Assembly: GCA_020184695.1 (NCBI GenBank)
Contig: JAANOX010000243.1
Span: forward strand, 620,001-684,000
DNA from: Histomonas meleagridis 2922-C6/04-290x
Lineage: Eukaryota; Protista; Parabasalia
Length of the DNA stretch: 64,000 nucleotides
Reading direction: 5' to 3'
Shown here: positions 1 through 12,686 of the stretch, piece by piece
Layout of the letters: every line of letters starts with the position of its first letter
Position numbering within the stretch: position 1 is the first letter of the stretch
Notes under the pieces: model-generated
The model's input: the letters and a program-made list of their open reading frames with translations, nothing else
The model's database searches: none
Told to the model about the DNA's origin: nothing
Made by a program: the position numbers and the translations under genes

Positions 1-3000
1 CATTCTTTTTCTTTTTTACTTTGACGAAACATATAATTACAATTATAGCAACAACTAAAGCAATGGAAATTCCAATGATTGAACCTTTACTTAATCCATT
101 TTTTTTATATCCATAGATTATTTGAATTATATTTTTTAGACTTTCGTCCATAGTACAATTATAACCATTTTTATTTAAGAATTTAAATATAATATTTGTG
201 TTATTTGGTAATATCAATTGTTCTTTTTCATTATTTTTAATATTTAAAGTAACATTTTTATCACGTTTAGTTTCAAATATTATATTCATTCCTTCTAGCA
301 AATGAATTTTTCTTAATTTCTCCATTAGAATGTTCAAATTCAATGTAATTGCTACTAATTCTTATTATTGGAATTGGTTCTTTTTGCATCATTCATTAAA
401 ACATTATTTGGTTGTATAAATGTTTCATTATATGATTCATAATCACAAATTAAGTTTTTCAACTAATAAATTATAATTATTTGATATAATGTTTACATTT
501 ATAATATTTAAGTTTTGGAATTTTTATGTTTTCTTTTGTTTGTATTATTTCATCATCAAATTGAAGATCCAAATCTTTAATAGTTAAATCATAACCATTT
601 GTATTAGTTAAAAATGGACCTTTTAACTTAATATTATGTTTTGTATCTTCTTTATTAAGTAATTCTAAATTAAATTTATTTGTTAAAAACATTGATGAAA
701 TTTCAGCTGATTGATCAATATAAAATATTTTATCATTAACATAATTATGGATTCCATATAATGAATTCATTGATGAATAAACATTCGTAATATTACATAT
801 GTCTTTAGAACAATTATTATCATTACATAAACAAAGTGGTCCATCCATTGGCATATTAGTTAAACATATGAAAAAATCATCAGCGACAGGGTAATTATTA
901 GAAATCATTAAATAATGTTCTTGTTTAGAATTAACAACTAATTTTTTAGATACTATCAAAAAATCGAATGTTGGAACACTCATAGTAATTCTTGCTAATG
1001 AAGGAATATATTTATCATTTGAATCCATTTCCCAAATAAGTGAAAAAATATTATTCGGTTGATAACTATATATAGTAATTATTAAATTTTTCATATTCAT
1101 TTTTGTGGTGAAACTTTGAAATATTTAATTGCGTTTGCTGGAATATTTGATATTTGATATTGTGAATAAAATGGAATTTCTTGGAATTGGATATTACAAA
1201 ATTGTCCTGTAAATCCAGAATTACATTTTAATTTTCCATTTTCACATTTTCCATTTTCAGATGTTATACATTCATTTGTATTTATCATTTCAATAAATTT
1301 TGGATTTGTATCAATATCATTTTGTGCAAATGGACCAACTGCTGTTATTATATAAGGTACGTCTAAATTTTCTTTTATATCTATATTTGTGATTACATGA
1401 ATTTGATATTCTCCAATTTCTAATTGTGATTGATAGATTATAACTTTTTCATTTAATGTAAAATGTTCTGTGTTTTGTGTTCGATTATTTCCAACATAAA
1501 TTTTATTCGAAGGTGATATTACTATTAAATCTAAATCATAATAAATTGGAAGGAATGTGTCTGAACTAAGAGGAATATCATGTGAACATAATACAATTCG
1601 AAGTGATACATTTTGATTTGTAACTTTAATTTTTCCGATATGATGTGTTTGACCATTTATCATTTTTGTGACACTAGAAAACCTTAATCCAAAATTACTA
1701 TCATTAAATGGAATTACTGTTGATATATCAATTAATCCATGACCAATAAAACAATCAGGTGTAGAACTTAAATCACTTCGTGAAGCCGAAGCAATTAAAA
1801 TTGATTTCAATAAAAGTGAATTTACATTAATTTTTTCATCTAAATAATATCCATCTTCAAAATATTGTGAAATTAAAGTTGCTGCTCCAGCTGCAGAAGG
1901 TGTTGCAAACGATGTACCTGAATCTAGACACAAATGCTTTTTATATAATCTTCATCATTTGATCCATGATCTTTATCAACTGTTCGATTATTTAAAGCAG
2001 AAGTAATAAATGAACTTGATGCAATTATATCAGGGTTTTATTAAACCAACAAATGTTGGTCCAATTGATGAATAACCTGCTTTTGTAATTTTTGAAACAT
2101 CTTTTCCAATATATCCATATTTATATTGAATTTTAAGATTTTTTCCGACTTTTGTTGAGAGTTTAGAATTATTTGGTAAAATAAAATTTTCAATTGTAAC
2201 CACCTTAAAATTTTCTTTAATATTAGGATAAGATTCTAGAGGAAAATCAATAACAAATCCAAAAGTTTGATAATGTTTTTCCTGTTCAATATAATAGGAT
2301 TCAAATAAAAACGAGTCATTTAGTATAGGAAATGCAGAAGAATTAAAATAATATAATTTCTTTGTTCCATTTGGTTGTTTTAAATCGGTGATTTCTGATA
2401 AATAAAATTCATCCAAATTCATAACTTTCTGATAATTTGGTTGTTCATCTTTAAAATACATTTGAAACTTTTCTTCACCATCTATAGCATATATTTCAAG
2501 ATTACTATAATCAAAAACTTTTGATGCTCCACCTATTGTAAGTACGTTTTTTGCTCCTCCAGGATTTCTAATTGTAAAATATTTCCCATGACCATCATTA
2601 CCAGCACCAAATAAAACTAAACAATTCTCTCCTATTGAAGAATTATAAACAACTTCATCAATAAACATATTATAATCCATTGTCGATTCATAAGGTAAAA
2701 ACCCCCATGAATTAGAAAAATACCTGAAGATTTCCTAAGGAAAGAGTATAAAAAAAGATCTATGTCTTTAAGGAGTCGATTATATTTTGGTAAATAATGA
2801 CCAAGATAAATAAGTTTAGCATCTGGTGCTATACCATTATATGAAGATATTTTACTATTAGGGTTTAAAGCTTTGCCAGCAAGAATTCCTGAAACTTCTG
2901 TTCCATGATCTTTCTCATGAGCAAATTTATAAAATTCTTGTTCTGTTTGAAAAAAGTTTTCAACATATAAAATTTTCCGATGATTTGGAATTATTTGACG

Positions 3001-3711
3001 AAATTTAATTGGTACATTTGGATCATAAAACATAGTATGATAATAATCAAAACTTGTATCCATATATGCAATTGTTTGATTTTTACCTGTGATACCTCTA
3101 GATTCAAAATATCGAGAAATTACTGGATTACCATGAACATCAGTTGTAACTGTTGAACTTATTTTTTGAGTAAAACCACTCGATATGCTATTTAATGTTG
3201 TTGGAGGATTATATTGATTAATAAATTCAACTTCAGGAATTTGACTGTAGAATTCAGCTGATTTTAATGGATCTTTAACATAGATGATAACAATTTGATG
3301 TGATTTAAAAATAATATTATCATAAGATAAACATGAAAATGATTGATCAAAAACACCATGAAGAATTAAATTATCAGATTTTTCTATTTGAGTAAGATTA
3401 AGTATTTTATCTTTTGGTTGAAGAATACTAATTTTTGCATTAATGCTTAAAAGATAAGAGATTTGATCTGAGGTCAAATATAATTTAAAAACATTTTGAT
3501 ATAACATTCCATTCGTTTTACGAATATCAATACCATGGTTTGCTAATTGAATAAAATCAATATTTGCTGGGATGAGTACATATGCCCATGTATTACTATT
3601 TGATTGTATATTTTGATTTATAGAATCAAATTTAAATGTTTTACCATTGAATGTTTTAATTTGTGTTGGTTGCACATCCAAAAGTTTCAAACAAAAAAGA
3701 AAAACAAACAT
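1..3711 (-). CDS. Membrane-anchored subtilisin-like (S8) serine protease, split by about six single-base homopolymer frameshifts; 3' end runs off the window
   Basis: Catalytic motifs lie in successive ORFs: MDTSFD (Asp), HGTEVSG (His), AGND (oxyanion Asn), SGTSFATP (Ser). Rejoining frames restores GIFSNSWG and KPDIIA. EGF-like Cys cluster near 1200. Reading the minus strand toward base 1 gives a TM helix plus basic tail (GSIIGISIALVVAIIVIICFVKVKKKKN). Confidence 0.85.
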
Positions 3712-5104
3712 AATGAAGTGAACAATTAATTTTTCCGGTTTTCACACGATTTAAAAAATGAATTTCAATTTCACATAATTTTGAATGTATTTGGAGGATT
3801 TTTTGAGGTTTTTTCAGAGGGGGATGACAATGTTGACAATAAGGATGAATATCTATAAAATTATATAAGTGAAAATGTTCTTCCACTTTAAAAGACAATC
3901 AATTTGATTCAAAAAGTGGAGATGTGGCAAGGTGTCATTGGAACGAATGTTGTTGATGTTTGTAAATATGAGTGTATTACTAGTCATATGTTGTGCGTGT
4001 TGCCAATGATTGTTGGGGATGTTATATAACATATTAAAAAAATTGGCTTCATTTTATCAAGGATAAGATTCATTTTTGTGGAATCTTTTTTTCGCTTACA
4101 CTGATCCGAGCATACACACAAATTTATGGTAAACATAAATTACAACAATATTAATGTTAAAGAAAATATATTTAGAAGTATGTAGAACGACAAAAACATG
4201 AACAGTAAAAACAGGAATGGATTTTCTGCATCATGCTATAAAAGTCACGTCGAAAAAGAAAGTATTTCTTTATATAGTATAACTGATGAATTATAATGTA
4301 GTTAGTAATATATATGATTTGAAAATAAGGAAAACAACAAATTTTTCGTTAAATAGATTTAATTCATTTTCTTAACGTCTCTCGGGCCCTTGTTTTGTCT
4401 TTCTATCAAAAGTGATCCTTAATGAGGTTCCATTTAGAGAACAAATATTCTTCAGCAAATGAACTAAAATATAGGTATTCATTAGCGAAAATTATGAAAA
4501 CAAATTTTTATATGAAAATTCTTTATTTTTTGCAAATAACTAGTGTTTTTTATTTTGGACAAAACCATAAAAAAATGGTGCCCTGCAGGGTGCCCCTAAC
4601 GAATATTTTATCGTTCAGTTGCCTATTTGGATGACGCCGGCGTCATGATCATTTCCATATACATTTTTTATCTGGGGACCATTTCCCGTCCAACCCTTAT
4701 CACCAACAATTATGGTTTTTGCAATGATCTGTAATTAATAAGAACTAATTCTACATATCTTTCTACAAGGCGTTTGTATTTAATAAATTTTAATGGGCAT
4801 AAAATGGCATTTTTATTTATTCAATATTTTAATTTAATTTTGATGGGTGCAATTTGCCACCATATAAAAAAATATTTTTCTGAATATAAACCATTCAATA
4901 ATTGAGAAAAAGCGACCGTTATAAGGTTCAAAATATGGGCGGATCATATTTAACGTTTACCTATCACAGGTACAATGTTGTAACGCATCGCTGACAAAGC
5001 TGTTACAAATCATTTAATTATCATTGAGATATATAAAGTTTATAATTTTGATCCAAAGCATTGAATTCTGTGACAAAAACAAGTAAAATCCTTATGAATA
5101 ACAT

Positions 5105-6658
5105 TTAGTTTAAGTTTACATATTTTGGCACATATTCTTTCAACTTATCCTTTGGTGGAATTGGCTCATACACATAGTCATGCAAAGGGTGCGGCCTTTC
5201 CAACTTTTCCACCAACAAAGAAGCCAAACATAGCACAGTTTCTATTGAGACAGTTTCCATAAATCCGTCAGCGAAAGACATAACTTCACCCAACGTCTGA
5301 TTTGTATGAATCAACAACTTTGGGAAAATGATAATTAAAATTGCTGCGCCGACGAATCTCAAGAAACAATTTGGCGAATCGGAAGTAAACACAGCGTCCC
5401 ATAGCCTAAACAAACTATTTTCCTTAAATGCCCTTTTAAATAACAATAAAAAAGGTCTCAACAAAAAAGATAACTCAGAAAGTTCAGATGATTCAAGTAA
5501 CTTCTTCATCGGCGGATGAAACGCAGTTGCAATTGCAGCAGTTCGTTGCAAAACAAATTTTTGGTTTTCCGCTAAGTCAGTGAACACACGTTCTTGTTGA
5601 GTAAGTTTCATTAACCCAACAAAGTTCCAAAAGATTAATGATTCGGATTCAATCATAGTCTTTTTGATGGGATTTCCATAAAATAAAAATTCGGAATTTT
5701 CATTCTTATCAATAAAAACTAAAATTAATGATGATACAATGTCATTCATGCCTTGGACATAACAAACGTCGCGATTAAAGATGGAATACGATTGAAGGAC
5801 ATGTCGCAATAATTCAAGATTTGGGGAATCATCATCTTTAAAAGCGTCCATTTGACGGTCATTACGTTTGACATCATTTTCTATTATACGATGCGCCTCC
5901 GTTAGGGTACGTGAAGACGCATATTGAATATGTGTTAAGAGTTCACATTGCTTACGGATATTAATATATTGCTTTTGAAGTTTGGTTATCCGATCATTGA
6001 TCATCGTTTGGCCTTTGGTAAATGGAATTACTCCAAATAAGATTGGCCAAATATATGCACGGAGTTCTGGAGTCATACCGCGCTCAAAGGCCTGCTTTTT
6101 AATTTGCTTGATTGTAAGGGTTTGTGTTTCGTCTAAAGTAAGTGGATTTGGCTTTGAAACATGAGGTTTAAATCCAAGAAATTTGAGAACTTTGTTATGA
6201 ACTGCTATATCAACAACTCCTTGAGGAGAAATACCATTGGTATCTTCGTTGGCAGCATCTGATTTTAATAAAGGATTAATGAAATATTCTTTTGGATGAT
6301 TAGGATATTGACTAATAATATTTTTATGCTGTAAAAATTCAAGTAAGTGATAAATGAAAATATAAGGAGTTTGATAAAATAAAAATTTTGGAAATTTGGA
6401 ATTATGTGATAATATAAGATCTAATATTATTAAATTAATTGAAAGGTCTGTACGTTTTATGCTAGTGATTTGACTGAATGGGCATGTAACTTTTTGTGGA
6501 ATATTTCTTTTGTCTAATAATGTAGAATTTCTTGTTGGATCAGGAACCCATTCGAAAGAATATTCAGAATCAACACGACATAGAGAGAAAATTCCTGGAT
6601 TTCTTTTCCCTTCTTCTATCATAAAATCTACCCCTGGAGAACTTAAAATAACATTCAT
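5105..6658 (-). CDS. TBC-domain Rab GTPase-activating protein (TBC1D15/Gyp7-like)
   Basis: IENDVKRNDR (IxxDxxR) and YVQGMND (YxQ) catalytic fingers; LRAYIWPILFG motif. Confidence 0.9.
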   Translation of the reverse strand: MNVILSSPGVDFMIEEGKRNPGIFSLCRVDSEYSFEWVPDPTRNSTLLDKRNIPQKVTCPFSQITSIKRTDLSINLIILDLILSHNSKFPKFLFYQTPYIFIYHLLEFLQHKNIISQYPNHPKEYFINPLLKSDAANEDTNGISPQGVVDIAVHNKVLKFLGFKPHVSKPNPLTLDETQTLTIKQIKKQAFERGMTPELRAYIWPILFGVIPFTKGQTMINDRITKLQKQYINIRKQCELLTHIQYASSRTLTEAHRIIENDVKRNDRQMDAFKDDDSPNLELLRHVLQSYSIFNRDVCYVQGMNDIVSSLILVFIDKNENSEFLFYGNPIKKTMIESESLIFWNFVGLMKLTQQERVFTDLAENQKFVLQRTAAIATAFHPPMKKLLESSELSELSFLLRPFLLLFKRAFKENSLFRLWDAVFTSDSPNCFLRFVGAAILIIIFPKLLIHTNQTLGEVMSFADGFMETVSIETVLCLASLLVEKLERPHPLHDYVYEPIPPKDKLKEYVPKYVNLN

Positions 6659-6899
6659 ACTGGAATTGGAGAAGAAACGATAGCAAATTCAATGAACGAT
6701 AGTCAACATTTAACAACTTTTTTCTCCATAACAGAAGGAATTGTTACAACTTTATGTTATGACATTTATAATCAACAAAAGAATTTTACAACAAAACTTA
6801 AATTGAACCATTTTTTTTGATAAGAAAAATAATCCTAAAAATTTTTATATACTTAAAAGAACATTTAATAAATATTTATTTAACTATAGTAACACATTT

Positions 6900-8516
6900 C
6901 TACTGGAAGAGTTGTCCATTATTTGTGTAACAAATTTGAAACTGTTCATCAGGTTCGAACAATTTCATTTTTATATTATTCACATCCTCATTCTTAACAT
7001 CGTTATTAATTTCGTCTATTTCCTTTATATGCGCAGCCGACATCATCGACAATGAGACGCCAATAGCTGTGCCGATATCCAATTTAGAGAATATCCCATC
7101 CATCAAAGAAACCAATTTTCCGCTTGAACAATTTTGAATTTTTTGTAGAGTAGGGAAACTCATGATCAAAAGAGAAGCGGAAAAATATCGCAAGAATAGC
7201 CATGGCGCATTGACACATACCAATGCTTCCCATAGTCTCGCGATTGCTTCTGGTGAGAATGATCGACCATACGCAAGTATAAATGATGAGATAAGGAATG
7301 ACAGGTCATTCAGACCATTCATTCGAAGCCATTTAGCACATGCAGGATGGAACTTATCAACAATTGACATTATTTGTGATAGTTCGACCTCTTGCATTTC
7401 CATCATGTTCTCCGCTATGAGTCCACTTGAGATCTTTTCGACAAATGCTGTAAAGCACCAAAATGCTAATGACTCTGCAACATCTGCTGAAAAGTTGGAA
7501 CTAATAGATGGAATGAAAACAGTCATAAAGACAACTGCTAAGTCATTAAGACCTTGCGTATAACGAACATCAAGATTCCACATGACAAAAGTTTGTAAAA
7601 TGTTCGTAAGAATATTACTCCAACTTGGAATACTTTCGAGAATGTCTGGTGGATGTGTACGCTTAACATCAACACGAATTGTAGAAAACGCACTAAGAAC
7701 AACTTTGAAATATTTAAGTTGAGTCTTAGACATTGTTTGCCATTGAGATCGAATAATTAAATATTCCTTAACACGACTGGTAAGAACTTCATTACGTTTA
7801 CTTTCTTTAAACGGTAGAATATTAAATAATAATGGCCATATAATATGTCTGATTTTGGGATCAACTCCATGAAGCTTAACGGTCTCTTTAAGCTCTGAAA
7901 GTGATTTCATCGACGATAGCTTATCTAAGGTGACTGGAGACTTTATAAAGTCTTCAGACTTAATCCCAAATTGACTCATGATGTGGAGATCGGGTTTAAC
8001 AAACTCGTATGGAATTGGAATACCATTCATGTTAAAATCAGGAGGAAGAATTATATTAGTTTCTTCAACAGTGATCTCGAAGAGATGATAATGATCTTTA
8101 TTTGTGGTGTATGATTCGGAAATGAAATCAATAGCATTTTCAAGTGTGTTTTTGGTTTCGGATACTTTAGGCATTTGATGTGTAATAGCAATAGTTTGTG
8201 CAAAAGTGAGAAGCTGATATGAAGAATTGGGAGGGAAGAAGAATTGATGCATGTTTGCAGGGTTTATGGTATTAATTAACATATAAGCATCTTTAGATTG
8301 GTAGTTAAGCATTATCTTTTGCACGTTTGAAGTCTTAAGAATTAGTTCAGCTTTATTTTTCGATGGATTTTCGCTTGATTGATATTCGCGCCACCATAAT
8401 ATAATATCTGTAGATGATTTAGCAATAACAAAAACACCGAATAGCTTTCCACGATTTGGGAAATCTGTTGAAACCTGATGGAAAATGGAAAGTATTGTCT
8501 CTCCGATGTTTGACAT
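6900..8516 (-). CDS. TBC-domain Rab GTPase-activating protein (TBC1D15/Gyp7-like), tandem paralogue
   Basis: IRVDVKRTHP and YTQGLND motifs; IRHIIWPLLF motif. Confidence 0.9.
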   Translation of the reverse strand: MSNIGETILSIFHQVSTDFPNRGKLFGVFVIAKSSTDIILWWREYQSSENPSKNKAELILKTSNVQKIMLNYQSKDAYMLINTINPANMHQFFFPPNSSYQLLTFAQTIAITHQMPKVSETKNTLENAIDFISESYTTNKDHYHLFEITVEETNIILPPDFNMNGIPIPYEFVKPDLHIMSQFGIKSEDFIKSPVTLDKLSSMKSLSELKETVKLHGVDPKIRHIIWPLLFNILPFKESKRNEVLTSRVKEYLIIRSQWQTMSKTQLKYFKVVLSAFSTIRVDVKRTHPPDILESIPSWSNILTNILQTFVMWNLDVRYTQGLNDLAVVFMTVFIPSISSNFSADVAESLAFWCFTAFVEKISSGLIAENMMEMQEVELSQIMSIVDKFHPACAKWLRMNGLNDLSFLISSFILAYGRSFSPEAIARLWEALVCVNAPWLFLRYFSASLLIMSFPTLQKIQNCSSGKLVSLMDGIFSKLDIGTAIGVSLSMMSAAHIKEIDEINNDVKNEDVNNIKMKLFEPDEQFQICYTNNGQLFQ

Positions 8517-8650
8517 CTAGTTATGCTATAGTTTGGGATAATTCAAACAAACATAGTCAATTTTAATAAATGCACTTTTTATCCGTTAGTTAACATAGCA
8601 CTTTTTATATAAATTGTTAATGTTTACGTTTAAAATTTCAAGATTTTGGA

Positions 8651-11600
8651 ATGAATTCTTCTTATATTAATTCAACAGAACACTTTACGGATGATACCGA
8701 CCAATTTATTGCGATGATGGAATCAAATCTAAGTAAACCAGAATTTGAAGAAAAATACTATTTATTTCATACATTTTTATTGATTTCACAAAATAAGTCT
8801 ATGGTCGAATGGGAAAAGTTTTCGTCGATTAGTCTTTCGGATGCACTTTCTTCAGTTATAAAAAATTTAACACTTCCTAATATTTTAAATTTATATCGAC
8901 GTCATCCTTCACAAACTGCATTTTTTCTTCATTACTTTGATACATCGCGTGAAACAAGATTGAAGCCAAAGATTTACTTGCCATTTCTTTGTCAAAGAGT
9001 AAATGAACTTCCAATCCAATGGATTGTTCGACATTTATTACGTGTTGAAGATGTTCGCTATGCTTACCAATTGTCATCATGTGCATTTTCTGGCTCAATT
9101 ATTGTTCAACCTAATATTATTGATTCACAAAAAAAACAAGAAACCATTTGGAACAATTACAGAAAACTTTATCCATCAACACCTAATCTTACAACAAGTG
9201 AATCATGGGCAAAGATGACCACATATAGAACAGCAATGAAAGAGTTAATGGATTTTAAACTTAAAGTACATTTGGGATCTTATATAAAACTTGATAAAAC
9301 AGAAATTGTAAAAAGACTTCTTAATGACGTTTCATATTCTTCTATAGCTAGATATACAAAATCCATCAAAGAACAAATCATTCCATTTTGTAATTCAAAT
9401 TCAATTTCTTTAACTCCAGTTCTTGTATCCACATTATCAACTAAGGATTGGAATATTCAACAAAAGCTTCAAATAATTGAGAAATTTATTTTTGATCCAA
9501 TTGAACTTAAACAATGTATTACATCATTAACATTCCATTCAGATGAACTACAACTGATTCAACAATTTTCATCAAAGCATTCTCTTAATTTTGTTCCAGA
9601 CCCAAACAAATATATAATTTCAAATCACTATTCGCCTAAACGTTCTCTCACAAAATCGCCATCCACAGAATCATTGAAATCCAAAAAACTGACGGAAATT
9701 TCAATGAAATCATTTTCGTCAACAAATTTAACAGAAAAACATTGTATTTATGGATCACTTTCACAATTAGCTAATGGCGAACCTAATGACCCCATTAAAT
9801 ATGCCGAAAAACTTAGTAATTATCAAATTTTTGAAGACATTAAAACAATTTATGACATTGCAAATGTATTTGGTATAGTTGTCAAATATGAAGACTATGT
9901 GAATAACTATTATAAGAAACAATTGTTTATTAAGCTTTTCAAACAACTAGATTCATTTGATTTATTTGAATCATTATGTAATTTATTTAAATTTACAAAT
10001 GATGAAATCATTAATATCATATGTACAAATGATGAATTTTTAAGCTTTGCATATTTTCTGATACCAATTTTAGTGCATAATGTTACACGTTCAAATTGTG
10101 ATTTATTTTTACAATATGCATTTAAAGGATCATTTTCTATTGTCGAAGAAAGTAATGTATCTGAAGTCTCAAGGAATTGGTCAACAGCATTGTTATTCAT
10201 ACTTGATTGTATTGATGGATTACAACTTATTCGGTTTATATCTTTAATTAGGGTTTTAATAGCTATTTCGGAATTAGATTCGACCGATAAATTTAAGTAT
10301 GAGTTATTTTCAATTTTAAAAAATGATTATAAAAATATATCATTAATTGAAGAGAAATTACTTAAATCTGGATATGATAAATGTGCTGAATATGTATCGC
10401 CCAAGCAAATACCCACAATTACCGAAGAAGAATTTATTAATAAGGTAACTTCGGTCGAAAACGATGCATTACTTGACGTGCTCATTGACATTCAATTAAT
10501 TGACAAGAAAACCGCCATAAAGTATTTAATTTCCGCCATACAAAAAATACCAGGGAAAATGTATTCACGCCTTCAATGTTTATATGATTTATTATATAAA
10601 TATAAAATTCCTTATAACACAGAAATATCGGCATTACGAATTCTATATTATTCATCGAATCATAATATTGATTTTCATGAACTTATCGAAAATCCATTAA
10701 AAACATTACAAGAACAAATCGATCTACAAAATGTATATGAGTTATTACCATTAACAGATTTATTTAAGGTTTCAACTGATGACCTTTTATTATATTTAAT
10801 GATCAACAAAATCACATCTAAACATTTTGATGATTATTCCCCATTTATATCACGATTAACTCATAAGAAATCATTAAAAATGTTATTAGAAAACATACCA
10901 CAAAAACTGAATGAAATTGATCAAATTCGATTCTATCAAAGTGTTGGAATGCTTAAAGAGAAGAAACTTAAAGAAACTTCATATGAATTATCAATCTATT
11001 CCTTAAATGAATATAATACGCAAACATATTTAAATAATCCTTCACGTTTAATCTGTGAATTATATTCGAAGATGAACATACAAGAAAAAATAGGAATTAA
11101 ATTACATGATTTAGTGACTTCAATTTCTAATCGATATGAATTATCTATTAATCAAATTCGTGAATATTTAATATCCAATTTCTTAAATGATAATGAAATC
11201 AAAAATATAAAAGAAGCAAATTCAATATTTGATGAAACGATTGAAGAATTAACAAATAAAGATGACCAAACAAATGTCCAAAAGAGTTTATTCATATTAC
11301 GAGTTTGGAATAATCGAACATCTACAAAATGGTTATTACGATATATATATCAATCGACACCGATAACTTATCGATCGAAATCTAAAGCATTCACTTGTTT
11401 ATTTAATATATCTAATGAAGAATTAATCAAAAATGTGTTTCATGGGAATTATAATGATTTATTGATATTAAATGAATTTGTTTATTTCGCAAGTAAATTC
11501 GAATTATTTGGAATTAAATTAAATGTAAATGATTTTGGTGATATACAAAAAACTCAAAAATTTATTGTTAATAATGTTATTAATAATTCGAAAAATATTA

Positions 11601-12322
11601 AAAATGGAATTTATCCAATTGTTTTCGAGTTTTATTTATATTATAAAATTAACGAAAAAAAAATTTTTAAATTATTGATTAAAAATATGATCAAATATAG
11701 AAAAAGATTTATCTTACAAAACATTAATAAATTATTCCATACATTCCCTGATTATAAAAATGATGATGAATTTAAAATTTTATATATTAATATAATATCA
11801 ATTCCAATTTCTGAAATGTTAATAAATCCAAATTGCATGAGACCGTTTAGATCACATCACTTGACAATTTTGAGAGAACTTTTGGATGCGATTTCAACGG
11901 AAACCGTTAAAATTGAATACTTTATCATCGGAGGGGAAAAAATTGAATGGAAAGGGATAATTTCAAAATTATGTTCAATTGGATTTTCTTCTTTTGCAGC
12001 TGAATTAGGTTCATTAGTAATTGATCAAGAAAAAAGACTTTCGGTGTTATTGGAATTACTTAAAAATGGAAGATATGATGAATGTTTACATTTTGGTTAT
12101 GACAAAGAATTAATTTTTACATATATTGTACAAAAATGTATTAAACAAGCAACAGAGACAATGATGGATGAGCACTTTGCGATGTTTACTGATTGGCTAA
12201 AGAGAAGAAATGAAGAAGAAGCAATCGAACAAGTGAAAGATGCGTTGAAGAAACAAGGAAGAACAATGGAAATCAAGCGAATGAACGAAAGGTTTAGCAA
12301 AATCTTAAATGAAAATAACTGA
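8651..12322 (+). CDS. Large alpha-solenoid protein, probable ROD/KNTC1 (RZZ kinetochore complex) homologue
   Basis: C-terminal segment DDQTNVQKSLFIL...TYRSKSKAFTCLF...ASKFELFGI...FYLYYKINE...IISIP resembles the recalled KNTC1 Rod_C region (TFAHRTRALQCLF...LASFETLNI...LCLEYKIYD...VIQIP). Not database-checked. Confidence 0.55.
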   Translation: MNSSYINSTEHFTDDTDQFIAMMESNLSKPEFEEKYYLFHTFLLISQNKSMVEWEKFSSISLSDALSSVIKNLTLPNILNLYRRHPSQTAFFLHYFDTSRETRLKPKIYLPFLCQRVNELPIQWIVRHLLRVEDVRYAYQLSSCAFSGSIIVQPNIIDSQKKQETIWNNYRKLYPSTPNLTTSESWAKMTTYRTAMKELMDFKLKVHLGSYIKLDKTEIVKRLLNDVSYSSIARYTKSIKEQIIPFCNSNSISLTPVLVSTLSTKDWNIQQKLQIIEKFIFDPIELKQCITSLTFHSDELQLIQQFSSKHSLNFVPDPNKYIISNHYSPKRSLTKSPSTESLKSKKLTEISMKSFSSTNLTEKHCIYGSLSQLANGEPNDPIKYAEKLSNYQIFEDIKTIYDIANVFGIVVKYEDYVNNYYKKQLFIKLFKQLDSFDLFESLCNLFKFTNDEIINIICTNDEFLSFAYFLIPILVHNVTRSNCDLFLQYAFKGSFSIVEESNVSEVSRNWSTALLFILDCIDGLQLIRFISLIRVLIAISELDSTDKFKYELFSILKNDYKNISLIEEKLLKSGYDKCAEYVSPKQIPTITEEEFINKVTSVENDALLDVLIDIQLIDKKTAIKYLISAIQKIPGKMYSRLQCLYDLLYKYKIPYNTEISALRILYYSSNHNIDFHELIENPLKTLQEQIDLQNVYELLPLTDLFKVSTDDLLLYLMINKITSKHFDDYSPFISRLTHKKSLKMLLENIPQKLNEIDQIRFYQSVGMLKEKKLKETSYELSIYSLNEYNTQTYLNNPSRLICELYSKMNIQEKIGIKLHDLVTSISNRYELSINQIREYLISNFLNDNEIKNIKEANSIFDETIEELTNKDDQTNVQKSLFILRVWNNRTSTKWLLRYIYQSTPITYRSKSKAFTCLFNISNEELIKNVFHGNYNDLLILNEFVYFASKFELFGIKLNVNDFGDIQKTQKFIVNNVINNSKNIKNGIYPIVFEFYLYYKINEKKIFKLLIKNMIKYRKRFILQNINKLFHTFPDYKNDDEFKILYINIISIPISEMLINPNCMRPFRSHHLTILRELLDAISTETVKIEYFIIGGEKIEWKGIISKLCSIGFSSFAAELGSLVIDQEKRLSVLLELLKNGRYDECLHFGYDKELIFTYIVQKCIKQATETMMDEHFAMFTDWLKRRNEEEAIEQVKDALKKQGRTMEIKRMNERFSKILNENN

Positions 12323-12686
12323 TTTAAATAATAAAATATGTTTTTGTGTAAATTTTGTAAATAGTTATAAAGGTCAAAATAAATAATATAAAGAAAATAT
12401 TTTCATATAGAAAGTAAATTGATGTCAATCTGCATAATATATTTTTGTAATCTTTGCGCATTTTTAGATTAACGAATTGTTTTAATTTATTTTATTCAAA
12501 AATGCATTCACACGGGCCAGTCACCACCAAAATACGTTGTGCCAAATGTCGCAAATATTCGGTAAAAAAATAACAACGAGTGATTAATTTTATAATTTCG
12601 AAATTATTTTCTAAATGTAAGCAAAAATATTAATAAATTTCATTTTATATAAGAACTTTTACTAAAAATCCAACAAATATTTAAAA

